From assembly GCA_965222225.1 (NCBI GenBank), contig CBDCTK010000002.1:2816001-2880000 (forward strand): a stretch of DNA of 64,000 bases. The letters run 5' to 3'. Positions 48,860 through 59,067 of the stretch are shown here, one piece after another. A program made the position numbers and the translations under genes. The stretch comes from Candidatus Poribacteria bacterium (GTDB taxonomy: Bacteria; Poribacteria; WGA-4E; JAJDTR01). Each line of letters opens with the position of its first letter. Position 1 is the stretch's first letter. The notes below the pieces were generated by a model, which was given only the letters and a program-made list of their open reading frames with translations, did no database searches and was not told where the DNA came from.

Positions 48860-50665
48860 TTACCAGATAATGTCCTTGATTTCGGGAATAAAGCGAGTTT
48901 TTTGGATTGGTTTGCCACTGGAACGATTCTCATAGAGCGGGAGCGCGACGCCCTTGGGGTCAATGGCGACAACATCTGACCCGCGCATCGTCAATTTGTA
49001 CGGAATTTCACCAATCACCCGATGCACGTCCCGCTCAGGTACGGGGAAGGTTATGGTGACTTGGTCGCCCGGATTCAGCAAGCTAATCTTCACGTAACGG
49101 CCATCAGTTATATAGCGACAGGGTTGATTGCCAACGCTGACCTTCACGTCGTCGAGCGAGCACCATTCCGCCATTCTGACGGCTACTTTCGAGGCGTCCT
49201 TAATGTGCAGGACAACTTTGCCCTCCACCGGCAGATAGCTATCCACATCCAGCCAGGTTGAAGCCCGGTTCAGGAGAAGATTGACGCGCACCTCGTCCGA
49301 CTCCTTCGTTACAATGCTGTCCCAGACATAGTAAAAGGTTCTTGCCCCATTCGCCGTGCAACAGTGCATGATAGAATGACCCGTTAGTTTTGGGCCCTGA
49401 TCCGTTTGTTCAACATGAAGCCCATCGTTGGCGCGCATCCAGCCAAGGAACGACCCCACGGAGCGTTCCGGGATGTTCCGTGTGTCCGGGTGCGAGTGTC
49501 CACCGGGTCCAGTAGAGAAGTAGCTGTCCGGTATGCCGTCGAGGAAATCGGCATCGCACATCTGACCTTCGGCATACACATTTCGCACCCATCGATCGAC
49601 ATCATCCCAGTAATCGCCCAGTCCGGCACGGGTCAAATAGAGCGCAAGGAGCACCATGTCCGCGACCTCGCAAATCTCTGTGGTGTTGCCCGCTCTGCCA
49701 AGATACCAGTCCGACCCCGGCATGGCTTCCGGGAAGAAGCCGATTAACGGATCGCCCATTTCGCGTGCCCAGCGGTAACAGGCATCCACACGCTCCAGAA
49801 TCTTGCGGTCGTTTATGGCGTAACCGTATTCACACACCGCTATGAGCGCGTATAAACTGTGATGAAAATGCCAGAAGGTGTATCGCCCATCGTCGTTGTT
49901 GAACATGCGCGCCAGGGCCCACCGCGCCAAGCCACCAGCCAGTTCGAGCGCGGGTTCGTAGCCGGTTACGCGATAGAACAGTGCAGAGCCGTGGCCGAGT
50001 GCGCCCACCGAGTATATCATGCTGAAAATCGGGTCGTTATCCGCGAGGGAACCGTCTTCAATGCCCACGGTTGGCTCGTCGGCATCGGGTGGAACCGTCT
50101 CGCCCGGGCGAAATCGTCCTTTCCACAAGAATCGGAATCCGTCCTTCTCGCGCGTGAGTGCCAGCAGCCGGTCAACCTTTCGCTTGCCAGCTTCAATCCA
50201 ACGCGAATCGTCGTCAACCTGTGCCAACATTGAAAGCGCTAACAGCAGCCTTCCCTCCGCCCAAACCTCAGAGAACGGACGGGGTTCGGTAAACTGTTCC
50301 AGCGTATCCGTTGGGCAATAGGTCAAACCGTCCTCACCCAGCAGATCGAGTTGCACGCGGAGTACCTCCAGATCCGCGTCCAGTCCGTCGGTGTTGCCCG
50401 ACGCCAACCGGCAGACGGTTAGCGCTTCAAGGAACTTGGCTGGGATATTCAGGTAGGCGTCGGTGATATGGCTTGGATAGAGTTCGGTCGGACGCTGGCA
50501 GAAATCCACGATGAATCCCAAAGCCCACTTTTCGTCGGGATACCATACCTCGGTAAGTGCATTCACCGCAAGCCCCATTCGATCCGCCAAATCGAGGGTA
50601 TCAGGCACCGTGGCTTCGTAACGCTCGCCGACAGTACATTTCGACATTGGGTTGTTGTTGAGCAT
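48860..50665 (-). CDS. GH127/GH146-like (alpha/alpha)6 glycoside hydrolase-related protein
   Basis: TTEICEVAD and HCCTANG resemble the E-x-C...CC Zn site of GH127. C-terminal beta-sandwich (SYLP.EG.V, VRMAEW). Confidence 0.65.
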   Translation of the reverse strand: MLNNNPMSKCTVGERYEATVPDTLDLADRMGLAVNALTEVWYPDEKWALGFIVDFCQRPTELYPSHITDAYLNIPAKFLEALTVCRLASGNTDGLDADLEVLRVQLDLLGEDGLTYCPTDTLEQFTEPRPFSEVWAEGRLLLALSMLAQVDDDSRWIEAGKRKVDRLLALTREKDGFRFLWKGRFRPGETVPPDADEPTVGIEDGSLADNDPIFSMIYSVGALGHGSALFYRVTGYEPALELAGGLARWALARMFNNDDGRYTFWHFHHSLYALIAVCEYGYAINDRKILERVDACYRWAREMGDPLIGFFPEAMPGSDWYLGRAGNTTEICEVADMVLLALYLTRAGLGDYWDDVDRWVRNVYAEGQMCDADFLDGIPDSYFSTGPGGHSHPDTRNIPERSVGSFLGWMRANDGLHVEQTDQGPKLTGHSIMHCCTANGARTFYYVWDSIVTKESDEVRVNLLLNRASTWLDVDSYLPVEGKVVLHIKDASKVAVRMAEWCSLDDVKVSVGNQPCRYITDGRYVKISLLNPGDQVTITFPVPERDVHRVIGEIPYKLTMRGSDVVAIDPKGVALPLYENRSSGKPIQKTRFIPEIKDIIW

Positions 50666-50845
50666 CTGATTTCCTTTCTTTCCGTGTATTCTGAAGCATG
50701 TTGACATCAACGCTTTGGCTGGAACTTCCGTGCAATACCTGACCTGTTGCAGTGGCTAGCTGACAGTTATGTGAGGCGTGTGCGAATCCGAGGCACCGCA
50801 CCGAACGGGTTGGGAGACCCAACCCCTACGGATTAAGACTGCTTT

Positions 50846-51526
50846 TCATCCCTTGTGCGCTTCGCGCAGGGATTCAAATTGTTCGTCCAAGTTGTAGATT
50901 TCGACTTGCGAAACACCGCTGGCAACTCTACTGCGCAGCACCTTCTCGTGCTCCACAATCGACTGAGCGCGTGACAAGACCGCTGCTGCCTTCCGCAACG
51001 GAACCACAACGACGCCATCGGCATCGCCCACGATAATGTCGCCGGGGTGAACCACTGTTCCGCCGCATCGAACTGTAACGTTGACTTCGCCAAGGGATCC
51101 TCGACCTGCCACTCTCGGTGTTGTACCACGCGCAAAAACGGGAAAACCCAACTCGCGTATCTCTGCAATATCCCTGGCCAAGCCGTCCAAGACGAGTCCG
51201 GCAAGCCCTTTCAATTTTGCCTCTGTGCTTGTGATTTCTCCCCATAGCGCCGTGTCGGGGTTTCCCTGGTTGTCAACCACGAGAACGTCGCCGCGCTCGG
51301 CGGCGCGTAAGGCTTTCAGGACGGGCAGAAAGTCGCCGGTCGTGGTGACGGCGGTGCAGGCGGGACCGCAAATGCGAGAGCCGGTCAGCAGGGCTTGAAT
51401 TCCCGAATCCATGGTGCTGAGATTCGCCATTGCGTCGCTGATGTTAGCCACGGCGATTTGGGAGAGCGCATCCACCAACGCCGTGTCGGGCCGTTCAATT
51501 GATTGATTGACTTCAAATAGACTCAT
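50846..51526 (-). CDS. RraA/HMG-aldolase family protein
   Basis: ISDA, GPACT, ALWGE, DG.ARD and PGDIIVGDADGVVVVP. Confidence 0.92.
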   Translation of the reverse strand: MSLFEVNQSIERPDTALVDALSQIAVANISDAMANLSTMDSGIQALLTGSRICGPACTAVTTTGDFLPVLKALRAAERGDVLVVDNQGNPDTALWGEITSTEAKLKGLAGLVLDGLARDIAEIRELGFPVFARGTTPRVAGRGSLGEVNVTVRCGGTVVHPGDIIVGDADGVVVVPLRKAAAVLSRAQSIVEHEKVLRSRVASGVSQVEIYNLDEQFESLREAHKG

Positions 51527-51734
51527 AGATGTTTTTTCCTTCGTGATATTTCGCGCTGTAAAAGATTCTAGTCGCTACTCCTGTCGATTTGGATTGGATC
51601 TGAGAATTTCCGGTGGTTTCACGGATGCCAGCGTCGATGGCGGGTAGTAAGATGGGAAATCGGCGACTTTATAATCGCTAATCTCACCCAATAACAAATC
51701 CTGCCATGCCGCAGGAGCCGCGTCGAATACGAAT

Positions 51735-52442
51735 TTAGATTTCGGCGGAGCGCGCCGTCAGCTCTTGCAAGCGCGGGGAGAATGTCTCGTAGACTTCACG
51801 CTTGACCAGAGGCCAAGCCGTGGGTCCCCGGTACAACACCGCCGGCATGTAATATGCGTTCGCAAGCATGCGGTGTTGGTCGGTTGTCGTGTTTGCGCCG
51901 GATCGATGCCAAAGTCCGTTGTGATAGACAAACACCGTACCCTTCTTTCCCGTGACCGGCATCTCCTGTGGGTAGCTGTCTCGGCTGGGACCCCGCTTCG
52001 TGAGATGGCTGAAAGGCACAATTCGCGTGGCGCCATTCTCCGGTGTGCTGTCGGTGAGCATCCAGAAGACTTGAAGTCCGTTCCAAGGCGGGATAAGGGA
52101 GCTAGGATCGGCCGCTAACGCGCCGCGTGTTGGCCAATCGGCGTGCAGGCTGCCAGCGGGAGTTCCGGGCTTGCACCACTTTAGCGCCGCGTTGTTTGCC
52201 AAGAAATACCCGTCACCAAGCACCGCTTCGGCAATCTCAAGAATCAGCGGATGGGTGCATAACGGCGCCAGGTCCGGAATCTCGTTCAACGACCCTTCAA
52301 GGCTAATGTACGCCGACCCCATCGACTCCATAATCGACCGCGCCATGCCATCGAGCCGTTCCGCCTCTTGCGGGTTCAGCAACCCCTCGAAAATACAATA
52401 ACCTTCTTCTGCCAATCTATCCTTGATTTCGTTGATTTCCAT
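51735..52442 (-). CDS. Phytanoyl-CoA dioxygenase (PhyH) family protein
   Basis: LHAD, NGATRIVPFSH and LWHRSG.N.T...R. Confidence 0.9.
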   Translation of the reverse strand: MEINEIKDRLAEEGYCIFEGLLNPQEAERLDGMARSIMESMGSAYISLEGSLNEIPDLAPLCTHPLILEIAEAVLGDGYFLANNAALKWCKPGTPAGSLHADWPTRGALAADPSSLIPPWNGLQVFWMLTDSTPENGATRIVPFSHLTKRGPSRDSYPQEMPVTGKKGTVFVYHNGLWHRSGANTTTDQHRMLANAYYMPAVLYRGPTAWPLVKREVYETFSPRLQELTARSAEI

Positions 52443-52634
52443 CTTATTCCCTCTGTACCTACATGGAAGCTGCTACGCCGATTGGTGATTGAGATGAAAC
52501 CCAATCATATATGATGTGCACGTAGATTTGGACATTGCATGTATCCTCCTCTCGGAAGGAATACACTATAGCCGATTTGGTTTCGGTTGGCAACAGAAAT
52601 CAGGGGTGTTCCTTCGCTACACCTTTGGAATGAT

Positions 52635-53843
52635 TTATCTTCTGTACCGTGACGAAGGCCCCTCTTCACGGTAGGTCGGGGGCGGCGGATCCAACCATTT
52701 CACGAAGCTATCCTTTATTGCGAAGGCGAAAAAGTGGTTACCTCCGGGGGTGTAGTGACCGGTGTAGTAACGCCGAGCATATTCCTCCGGCGAGCAGTTG
52801 AACAGTTTGAACTCCTCAAAGTGCGCCCGGAGAGAATCGTAAAACAGAAATCCCTGTTCGTTCAGGTAGTCAACAAAGATCCGGTCGAATCGCGGACGGT
52901 TATGGCAAGCGTGAATGACGTCATTCGACGGATAACTGAGAAGAACCATCAACTCCTTTCTTTCCTCTATTGCGAATCTCCGTACCTTGTCTACTATGTA
53001 CATGCTCGACCGCAGTGCGCAGGTTTGCAGTAAGTTCTGTGCAGTTTTGGCAATGGCTTCCGGCGAGCTGAAGTCCGCGGTCATTCCTAGCGCATCCGCC
53101 GTTGCCCTCAATACTCCGAGATTGAGGTCCTTCACGCCTAGCTGAGCGAGGCGGGCTTGGACGTCAAAGTCGTCTTTGAAGGTTTCATACAGGTGCGCGC
53201 TATCACAGAGTTGATACAGCAAATCGGGCGTCGAATAGGGGTTTTCATGTTCCTCAAACTCGGTGGTTTCCGGGTTGAGACGAACATGCGCCCAAGGGTT
53301 GGCATTGAACATAAACGCCGAAATCTCCGATAAGGCGCTCGATTTGAAAAGCCGAGGATCTCCCGGCAGATGAAGCAGTCGCCAGGTGTAGATGCTTCGG
53401 AAATGATCGTCCGAGAAGATGTTGAGCACGATGTATTTGGCGGATACTTCGGTCTTTTCCTCTCGAAGCATCCGTCTGTAGGCTTGATAGACGCCGTGAC
53501 CGCCGACTCCAAAGTTGCGAATCGGCTCGCCAAAGTGGGCGGCGAGGTACTCTTGCCAGGATTCACCGTCATTAACCTGATCGCACTGCGTGAAACTGTT
53601 TCCGTATGTATTTATTCGGCAGGGTCGATCCGCAAAGTTTGACATCAGCCGCTCGACGAATGTACCGTAACGAGAGATTGTATAGCTTTCGTCGAGGCCG
53701 TCCTTAAGCACGGAGTTCTTACGGATATACCCCAAATCGGAATCGAAAACGGCGTAGTTGTGGGCGTTCGAATCGAAAAACCTATCAACGTGTTCTCGCT
53801 TCAGCGTCAACGCTTCAAAAAATTCTCGTGTCGTAATGCTCAT
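52635..53843 (-). CDS. SGNH/GDSL-like hydrolase
   Basis: YGNSFT (block I), NFGVGGHG (block II) and GHYTPGGNH (block V-like). Confidence 0.7.
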   Translation of the reverse strand: MSITTREFFEALTLKREHVDRFFDSNAHNYAVFDSDLGYIRKNSVLKDGLDESYTISRYGTFVERLMSNFADRPCRINTYGNSFTQCDQVNDGESWQEYLAAHFGEPIRNFGVGGHGVYQAYRRMLREEKTEVSAKYIVLNIFSDDHFRSIYTWRLLHLPGDPRLFKSSALSEISAFMFNANPWAHVRLNPETTEFEEHENPYSTPDLLYQLCDSAHLYETFKDDFDVQARLAQLGVKDLNLGVLRATADALGMTADFSSPEAIAKTAQNLLQTCALRSSMYIVDKVRRFAIEERKELMVLLSYPSNDVIHACHNRPRFDRIFVDYLNEQGFLFYDSLRAHFEEFKLFNCSPEEYARRYYTGHYTPGGNHFFAFAIKDSFVKWLDPPPPTYREEGPSSRYRR

Positions 53844-53866
53844 TTTGGATGTTTTCCCTCCATAGC

Positions 53867-54161
53867 TATAGTCATCACATTCATATTTACACGTACTTAA
53901 AGAGAGACATTGGCGATTTGAAGATTGTTACGACAAGCCTACCGTAGGAGTTCAAGCGAACGGATAGTGAGTGCAATAGAAAGTCCCGTGCGATAGAGAT
54001 TCCTCTCCCGGTCGCGACCTCTTGTCGCGAGTAAAACTCGCTCCTACAGAAGACGTGCAATAAAGGGATCTCTATCGTCCTCGCTATTCGCTCCCTTGAT
54101 CGCCACTCCAAACAGAACTGCGTAAATCCTATATGTGTAATTCTTAGTTGCAATGACTATG
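53867..54161. mobile_element. Composite intergenic element (ATAGTCAT.. inverted ends, REP pair, micro-elements)
   Basis: tatagtcatcaca at the left end and tgcaatgactat at the right. Micro-elements at 53951-53986 (+), 53987-54003 (partial) and 54066-54100 (-). Confidence 0.6.
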
Positions 54162-54224
54162 AAGCGAACGCAACGATACCGGAAATATCCACTTCAGATC
54201 GTGGTAGTGCAACTCATCCTCTCG

Positions 54225-56156
54225 TTACCAACCCCACTCGGTGAAATAGGGGAAGATTCGATAGACATGCTGCCCGCGAATTTCGCCGAAGATTGTCCAT
54301 AAGCTGCCGATGACGTGTTGTCCCAAGATGATTCCGATGAAGAACGGCACCATGCGCCGATAGAGTTGAATGCCGCCGAACTTCAGAATCGCCCATTTAA
54401 TTAGCCACGCCACGAAGATTGAAAACCAGATGCCGCCCATCATCCAGCCGCAAGCCACGGCAAAGCCAACGGGATGGAAGGGGAATCCGATGAACCGTTG
54501 ATGCAGCAGACGTAGAACTACCGTAATCCCTGCACCTATGCCAACGTCGCGGAGCATCGGAAAATCTTGGCTGCGCGGGTGTTGAATCCACGTATCCAAC
54601 ATGCGGAAACCGTTGTCGCCGATATTGTGATAGACGTTGTCCGCGCCGAAATGATACATGTTGTGCAGCAGCGCCCAAAAGCCGGCGAACGTACCCACAA
54701 TGGAGGCGACAATCATGGCAATCAGGAAATGACGGCTGGGTGCGTTAAGCAGTTGCGCCATTTTGAAGCCTTCAATCTGATGACCGACCGGATGCGAGCG
54801 ATATGCACGGCACATCCAGAACAAGTGGCTGAACATAGCGATATTCGTGACACCGATACGACGTGTGCCAAACACGTTCAAGAGCATCTGATCCGGTCCC
54901 ATAAACTCGGCATCGTGAGCAGGAGGTCCAATCTCCGCGCGAATACGGGCGATAGCGATTGCATAGAGAATGTATACGAGGAGAAAAAGAAGGACGACCC
55001 AAGCCGACATTCCAGCATATCCGAGGAACGCGACCAGAGCGACGATACCCAGGACGATGCCGGCGAGCGCCGATCGGTAACTCATTGGCTCGTTGGCGGC
55101 GGTTTCGGGACTCTTCCCACGGACGATTTCTCTCAACACCTGCTTCAGGTGCAGTCGAGCGGACCACAACGGTAAAATCGCCAAGATTATCCACGCGCCC
55201 GCCGTTTGATAGCTTCGGAACGGGCCCGGCGTTGCCCAGATTCCCATCCCATTTCGGTACACAAGGTCTGCCTTCCAGATAAGATGGAAGAACCATGCCG
55301 AAAACGCTAAATTCAGCGGCAAGAAATAAGCCATCCCGACGACGAAGGGATAGACCGCCAACGGCAACCATCCGACGGCGTTCCACGGTTTTTCTGTAAA
55401 GAACCTGCCGAGATTATAGATTGGCGCGAAGTTGGGAGCCACAGGCCACAACCCATGGATTCCGTTCATAAGGTCAAATGTGCCCGCAATCCCGAATCCG
55501 AGCCACAACATGCGGTTGGAAAGCAGCCCGGTCCCACCCTTCGCCATCTCCATCGGTAGTTGGATAACAGGGTAGGCTAATTTTTCATTTTCCGTCCACT
55601 GTTTCCGAATGATAACATTGATGCAAGCGATTACGAAGAAGAGTACAATCAGGAAGCCGCCCCAACCCAAAGCCGGGATTAACCAAGGTGTGAAATGTTC
55701 TGAAATATAAAGTGTAGTCTCCCCTTTGTGGTAACCTTGCAGTGCTGTCGAGTCGTAGACGGTTATCCACTCCGGCACGTGTCTGCCAAAAAGAGCCATC
55801 CATTCGTTTTCCGGCGTCACGAACCAGAAACTCGTGAGGTGTTGAACCATGACGAGCAACAGGTCATGTCCAAAAATGCCGGTGGCAATGGCTGTCATCA
55901 CATAGATAATGAGGAGTTCGATGGGCTGAAGGACAGCGTTGGGGGCGTATTTGTTGAGGAAGGCATTGAGCAACACCAGTAAGAAGAGGGTAAAGGTGAC
56001 GTTGTAAAAGAGGGTGAAGAGTGTCGAAAAGACCGGTTGGTAAATAGTTTCGGCGAGCGTCAGCCAATAGAGATTGATTGGGATAAGGAGCCCGCCAATA
56101 ATCAGCGCACGGTAGGATATAGTGGTAGAATTATAATGAGATGATCCGTCTTTCAA
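54225..56156 (-). CDS. Polytopic membrane protein, DUF6785/DUF6784 (OPT-like transporter)
   Basis: Many TM helices with RKQWTENEKLAYP..QLP, RIRAEIG and FPFHPVGF motifs. Confidence 0.8.
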   Translation of the reverse strand: MKDGSSHYNSTTISYRALIIGGLLIPINLYWLTLAETIYQPVFSTLFTLFYNVTFTLFLLVLLNAFLNKYAPNAVLQPIELLIIYVMTAIATGIFGHDLLLVMVQHLTSFWFVTPENEWMALFGRHVPEWITVYDSTALQGYHKGETTLYISEHFTPWLIPALGWGGFLIVLFFVIACINVIIRKQWTENEKLAYPVIQLPMEMAKGGTGLLSNRMLWLGFGIAGTFDLMNGIHGLWPVAPNFAPIYNLGRFFTEKPWNAVGWLPLAVYPFVVGMAYFLPLNLAFSAWFFHLIWKADLVYRNGMGIWATPGPFRSYQTAGAWIILAILPLWSARLHLKQVLREIVRGKSPETAANEPMSYRSALAGIVLGIVALVAFLGYAGMSAWVVLLFLLVYILYAIAIARIRAEIGPPAHDAEFMGPDQMLLNVFGTRRIGVTNIAMFSHLFWMCRAYRSHPVGHQIEGFKMAQLLNAPSRHFLIAMIVASIVGTFAGFWALLHNMYHFGADNVYHNIGDNGFRMLDTWIQHPRSQDFPMLRDVGIGAGITVVLRLLHQRFIGFPFHPVGFAVACGWMMGGIWFSIFVAWLIKWAILKFGGIQLYRRMVPFFIGIILGQHVIGSLWTIFGEIRGQHVYRIFPYFTEWGW

Positions 56157-56359
56157 ACATACACCGCCACGAAGGTTGTCAATTGCTTGTGCAGGAATCG
56201 GGATAATCCTTGAACGGCAGGATTGCTACTGACCTTCCAGTTTGGGAGGGCGGATAGATTTTTCATAAAGCCCGGTTGGTCGAGTCCGGGCTCAAGGCAG
56301 AACGCGGGTAAATGCGTCGGTTGAACGGAATACCTGGGGCGCGGCAGTTACTGTAACGC

Positions 56360-57115
56360 TTATCTTAACCGTTTGATTGCGCCCCACGTCGTCGCTAACG
56401 AATTAAGATGGGATACGGATTGGGGTCTGCCCGGCTCGAATTCGAATAATTCTTGCACCTCCTTGGCGTCCATTCCGCGGTTGTAGATGCGCAGGTCGTC
56501 CATGACACCTACGAAAGTGTTTAACCCCATGAAGCCGATTTGAATCCGTGAGTCCGTTTGTTGAATCTTGCCAAGACCACCGGCGTTCCCCATTGCGTCT
56601 GCGTTCGTGTAGTAGGTTGCTGTTCCCTTTAGGAACGTCCCGACAATATGATTCCATTCATCCATAATCAGTTTCTGCCCGGGCCCCGTTCCCTTCCATG
56701 CCCCACCGGTACGAATCTCGATCCGACCGGCACCGCTAAGAATATCAATGTTGTATTGACCATCCTTGTAGATGGCGCGGTTTTCTCCGGCGTGGTCAAG
56801 TTTCTTCGGCTTGACCCAGAAAGAAACGGCGAATTCCTTTTCGACCAACAAGTGTTCCGTCTTGTGAATTACAGCGCTATGGGATTGGTCGTCAAAGAGC
56901 AAGCCATCGCCGAATTTGCCGTCCCCAGTCCGCTTGGCAGTGATAATCTGACCGTCATTTCCGTTGCCGGTTTCGTCTCTTAGCACTTTGTCCTTGCCCT
57001 CCATCGGGTAATAACCGATGAGGCCGTCTTCTAGATCGGCGGACACTGACAACGGCGATACCAAAAAAGTTACAAGAATAACTAATGAAATGCCGAACGG
57101 TAATTGACCTGTCAC
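56360..57115 (-). CDS. Secreted LamG/concanavalin-like domain protein with TTWG tail
   Basis: GLIGYYP, GKFG.GL.F, WNHIVGT, MDDLRIYNR and C-terminal SVSHLNSLATTWGAIK. GTG start after GGAGGG. Confidence 0.88.
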   Translation of the reverse strand: MTGQLPFGISLVILVTFLVSPLSVSADLEDGLIGYYPMEGKDKVLRDETGNGNDGQIITAKRTGDGKFGDGLLFDDQSHSAVIHKTEHLLVEKEFAVSFWVKPKKLDHAGENRAIYKDGQYNIDILSGAGRIEIRTGGAWKGTGPGQKLIMDEWNHIVGTFLKGTATYYTNADAMGNAGGLGKIQQTDSRIQIGFMGLNTFVGVMDDLRIYNRGMDAKEVQELFEFEPGRPQSVSHLNSLATTWGAIKRLR

Positions 57116-57201
57116 TAGAGTTCCCTCCATTTCAAAGTAAATTCTCAATCTTCGCGGCGCGGAAGTGCCAAAATCCGGAGTGTCCACCTATCCCCCGTGT
57201 T

Positions 57202-57962
57202 TCAATGTACTGCTTTCAGATCCCCCATGTGGTCGACAACGAACCAACGGGAGCAACCGAGAACGCACCGGGATTGTGTCCAAAGAGTTGCTCAATCTCT
57301 TTGTCGTCAAGCGCGCGGTCATAAATTCGCAACTCGTCGAGTACTCCCACAAAGCCCGCTAACCCGCAGCATGAGCCTAATCTCAGCGGCGACTGAATCT
57401 GGGTAAGTTGATTCGAGGCGGTTTTTCCGTTGCTGACGAGTTTGCCGTCGACGTAAAATGCCCCGGTCTTTTCCTGTGACTCAAACGTTCCGGCAATGTG
57501 GTGCCAAGTTCCTAATTCCAGCGCCGGTCCAACACCGGTACCTTGCCAGCCTCCGCCCGAGAAGAGATCCAGCCTGCCGCCGCGCAGCAAATCCAAGTTG
57601 TACTGATCGGTAAAGACCACGCGATTTTCGCCAGCGAAGTCGAGTTTCGTCGGAAAAACCCACACAGCAACACAAAAGTCCTTTTTGACAACGAGGACGG
57701 GCGATTTCGGGACTTGCGCCTGCGCGTTCTTGTTGGCGAACAGCAGTCCTTTCCCAAATCGTCCATTTCTCTCTCGCTTGGCAGTTTGGAGGTTGCCGTC
57801 GAGGCTATTCGCGCTCGCGTCCTCAAACTGCTGACTGTTTCCTTCAAACGGGTAGTAGGCAACGAGCCCGTCATCGAATTCGGCGCCGCTTAGTAAGGCG
57901 TGCCAACAGATGTGTAGAATAACACCCCAAGACAAACAACGCGTTAGGTGATGACTTGTCAA
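57202..57962 (-). CDS. Secreted LamG domain protein with TTWG tail (1-nt frameshift in a G run near the end)
   Basis: GLVAYYPFEG, WHHIAGT, LDELRIYDRAL and SVAPVGSLSTTWG. One extra G gives TTWGDLKAVH*. Confidence 0.85.
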
Positions 57963-58153
57963 GATTATCCTCCACCCAATACCGCTACGCGAGTCTCGGG
58001 TTTGGCAAGCAGGGACGGGCGATTGGCAGGTGTCCGGTTAAGTCTTCGGCATAAGCGTGACGTACGGAGATTAAGGCAAAGTCTAGTTGCGTCTTTACAC
58101 CCCAGCCGCACATCTACCTTCGTCCGTAACCCCCTTGAAAGCCGGCTGAAAGG

Positions 58154-58941
58154 TCACTTCCGATCCGATTTGATGTTACCCCATGTGGTAACGAGCGAGC
58201 CGTTGGGAGAGACTGATACGGTCGGATTCAACTGAAACAACGCCTGTACATCGTCTTCGCTGAAGGCACGCTCATGAAGCCGCACGTCGTCTAGGCTGCC
58301 AACCATGCATTGAATACCCATGTGGCCAAATCGAAGGTTGGATTGCACCACTTGGATAGCCGGAGGGCCTGCCGTGCCTACTAACTCGCCGTTAACATAG
58401 TGTGATGCCAATTGCGCGTTAACGTCATAAGTTCCCAAAATGTGGTGCCATTCTCCCAACCCCAGTTCGCCTCCCACCGCAGGTGTTCCGATCCAAGGCG
58501 GGTCATCCGCATTTTTTTAATCTCAAAGTGTCCTTTGGCGTGAAGGACATCAAGATTGAGTTGGTCGGTGAAGATGACTCTATTTTCAAAGTCTGGCCAC
58601 GTGTCACCTGTCGAAAGCGCCTCTGGATGAATCCAAGCCGCGACTGTTAAGTCGCCTTCGAACGTCAGACTTTCGGAACCCGGCGCCGATGCGCTATCGG
58701 TATTGTTGGCAAACCGGATGGCTTTGCCGAATTTACCGTCATCAACTCTTTGGGCAGACCCGATGTCGCCGTTGTTTCCCATTCCGCTTGCATCTTCCAG
58801 GGTATTGTCACTTCCCTCGAACGGATAATGCGCTACAAGCCCATCGTCTAGTGCGGCGGACGCCGTCGAAACAGCCCCTGTTAGAATCAAAGCGAGTCCC
58901 GCAAATAGTGAGACGATACCAAAAAACAATTGTTTTTTCAT
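58154..58941 (-). CDS. Secreted LamG domain protein with TTWG tail (frameshift in the A7 run at 58512-58518)
   Basis: ORFs 58381-58983 and 58154-58477 join into one gene ending SVSPNGSLVTTWGNIK. Confidence 0.82.
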
Positions 58942-59038
58942 TGAGTCGTCCTCCATGCCAGGTTTGTATGAGGATTGAAGCATAAGGAATTTGGTTCAAA
59001 CACTATTGTTGGCGCTACAAGAGTGCCCGATGCCAACA

Positions 59039-59067
59039 ATCATATAGGAAACGCCAAAGAAGTTCAA
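59039..59067 (-). promoter_or_regulatory. Possible sigma70 promoter for the LamG genes
   Basis: Minus strand TTGAAC-17 nt-TATGAT. Confidence 0.55.
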
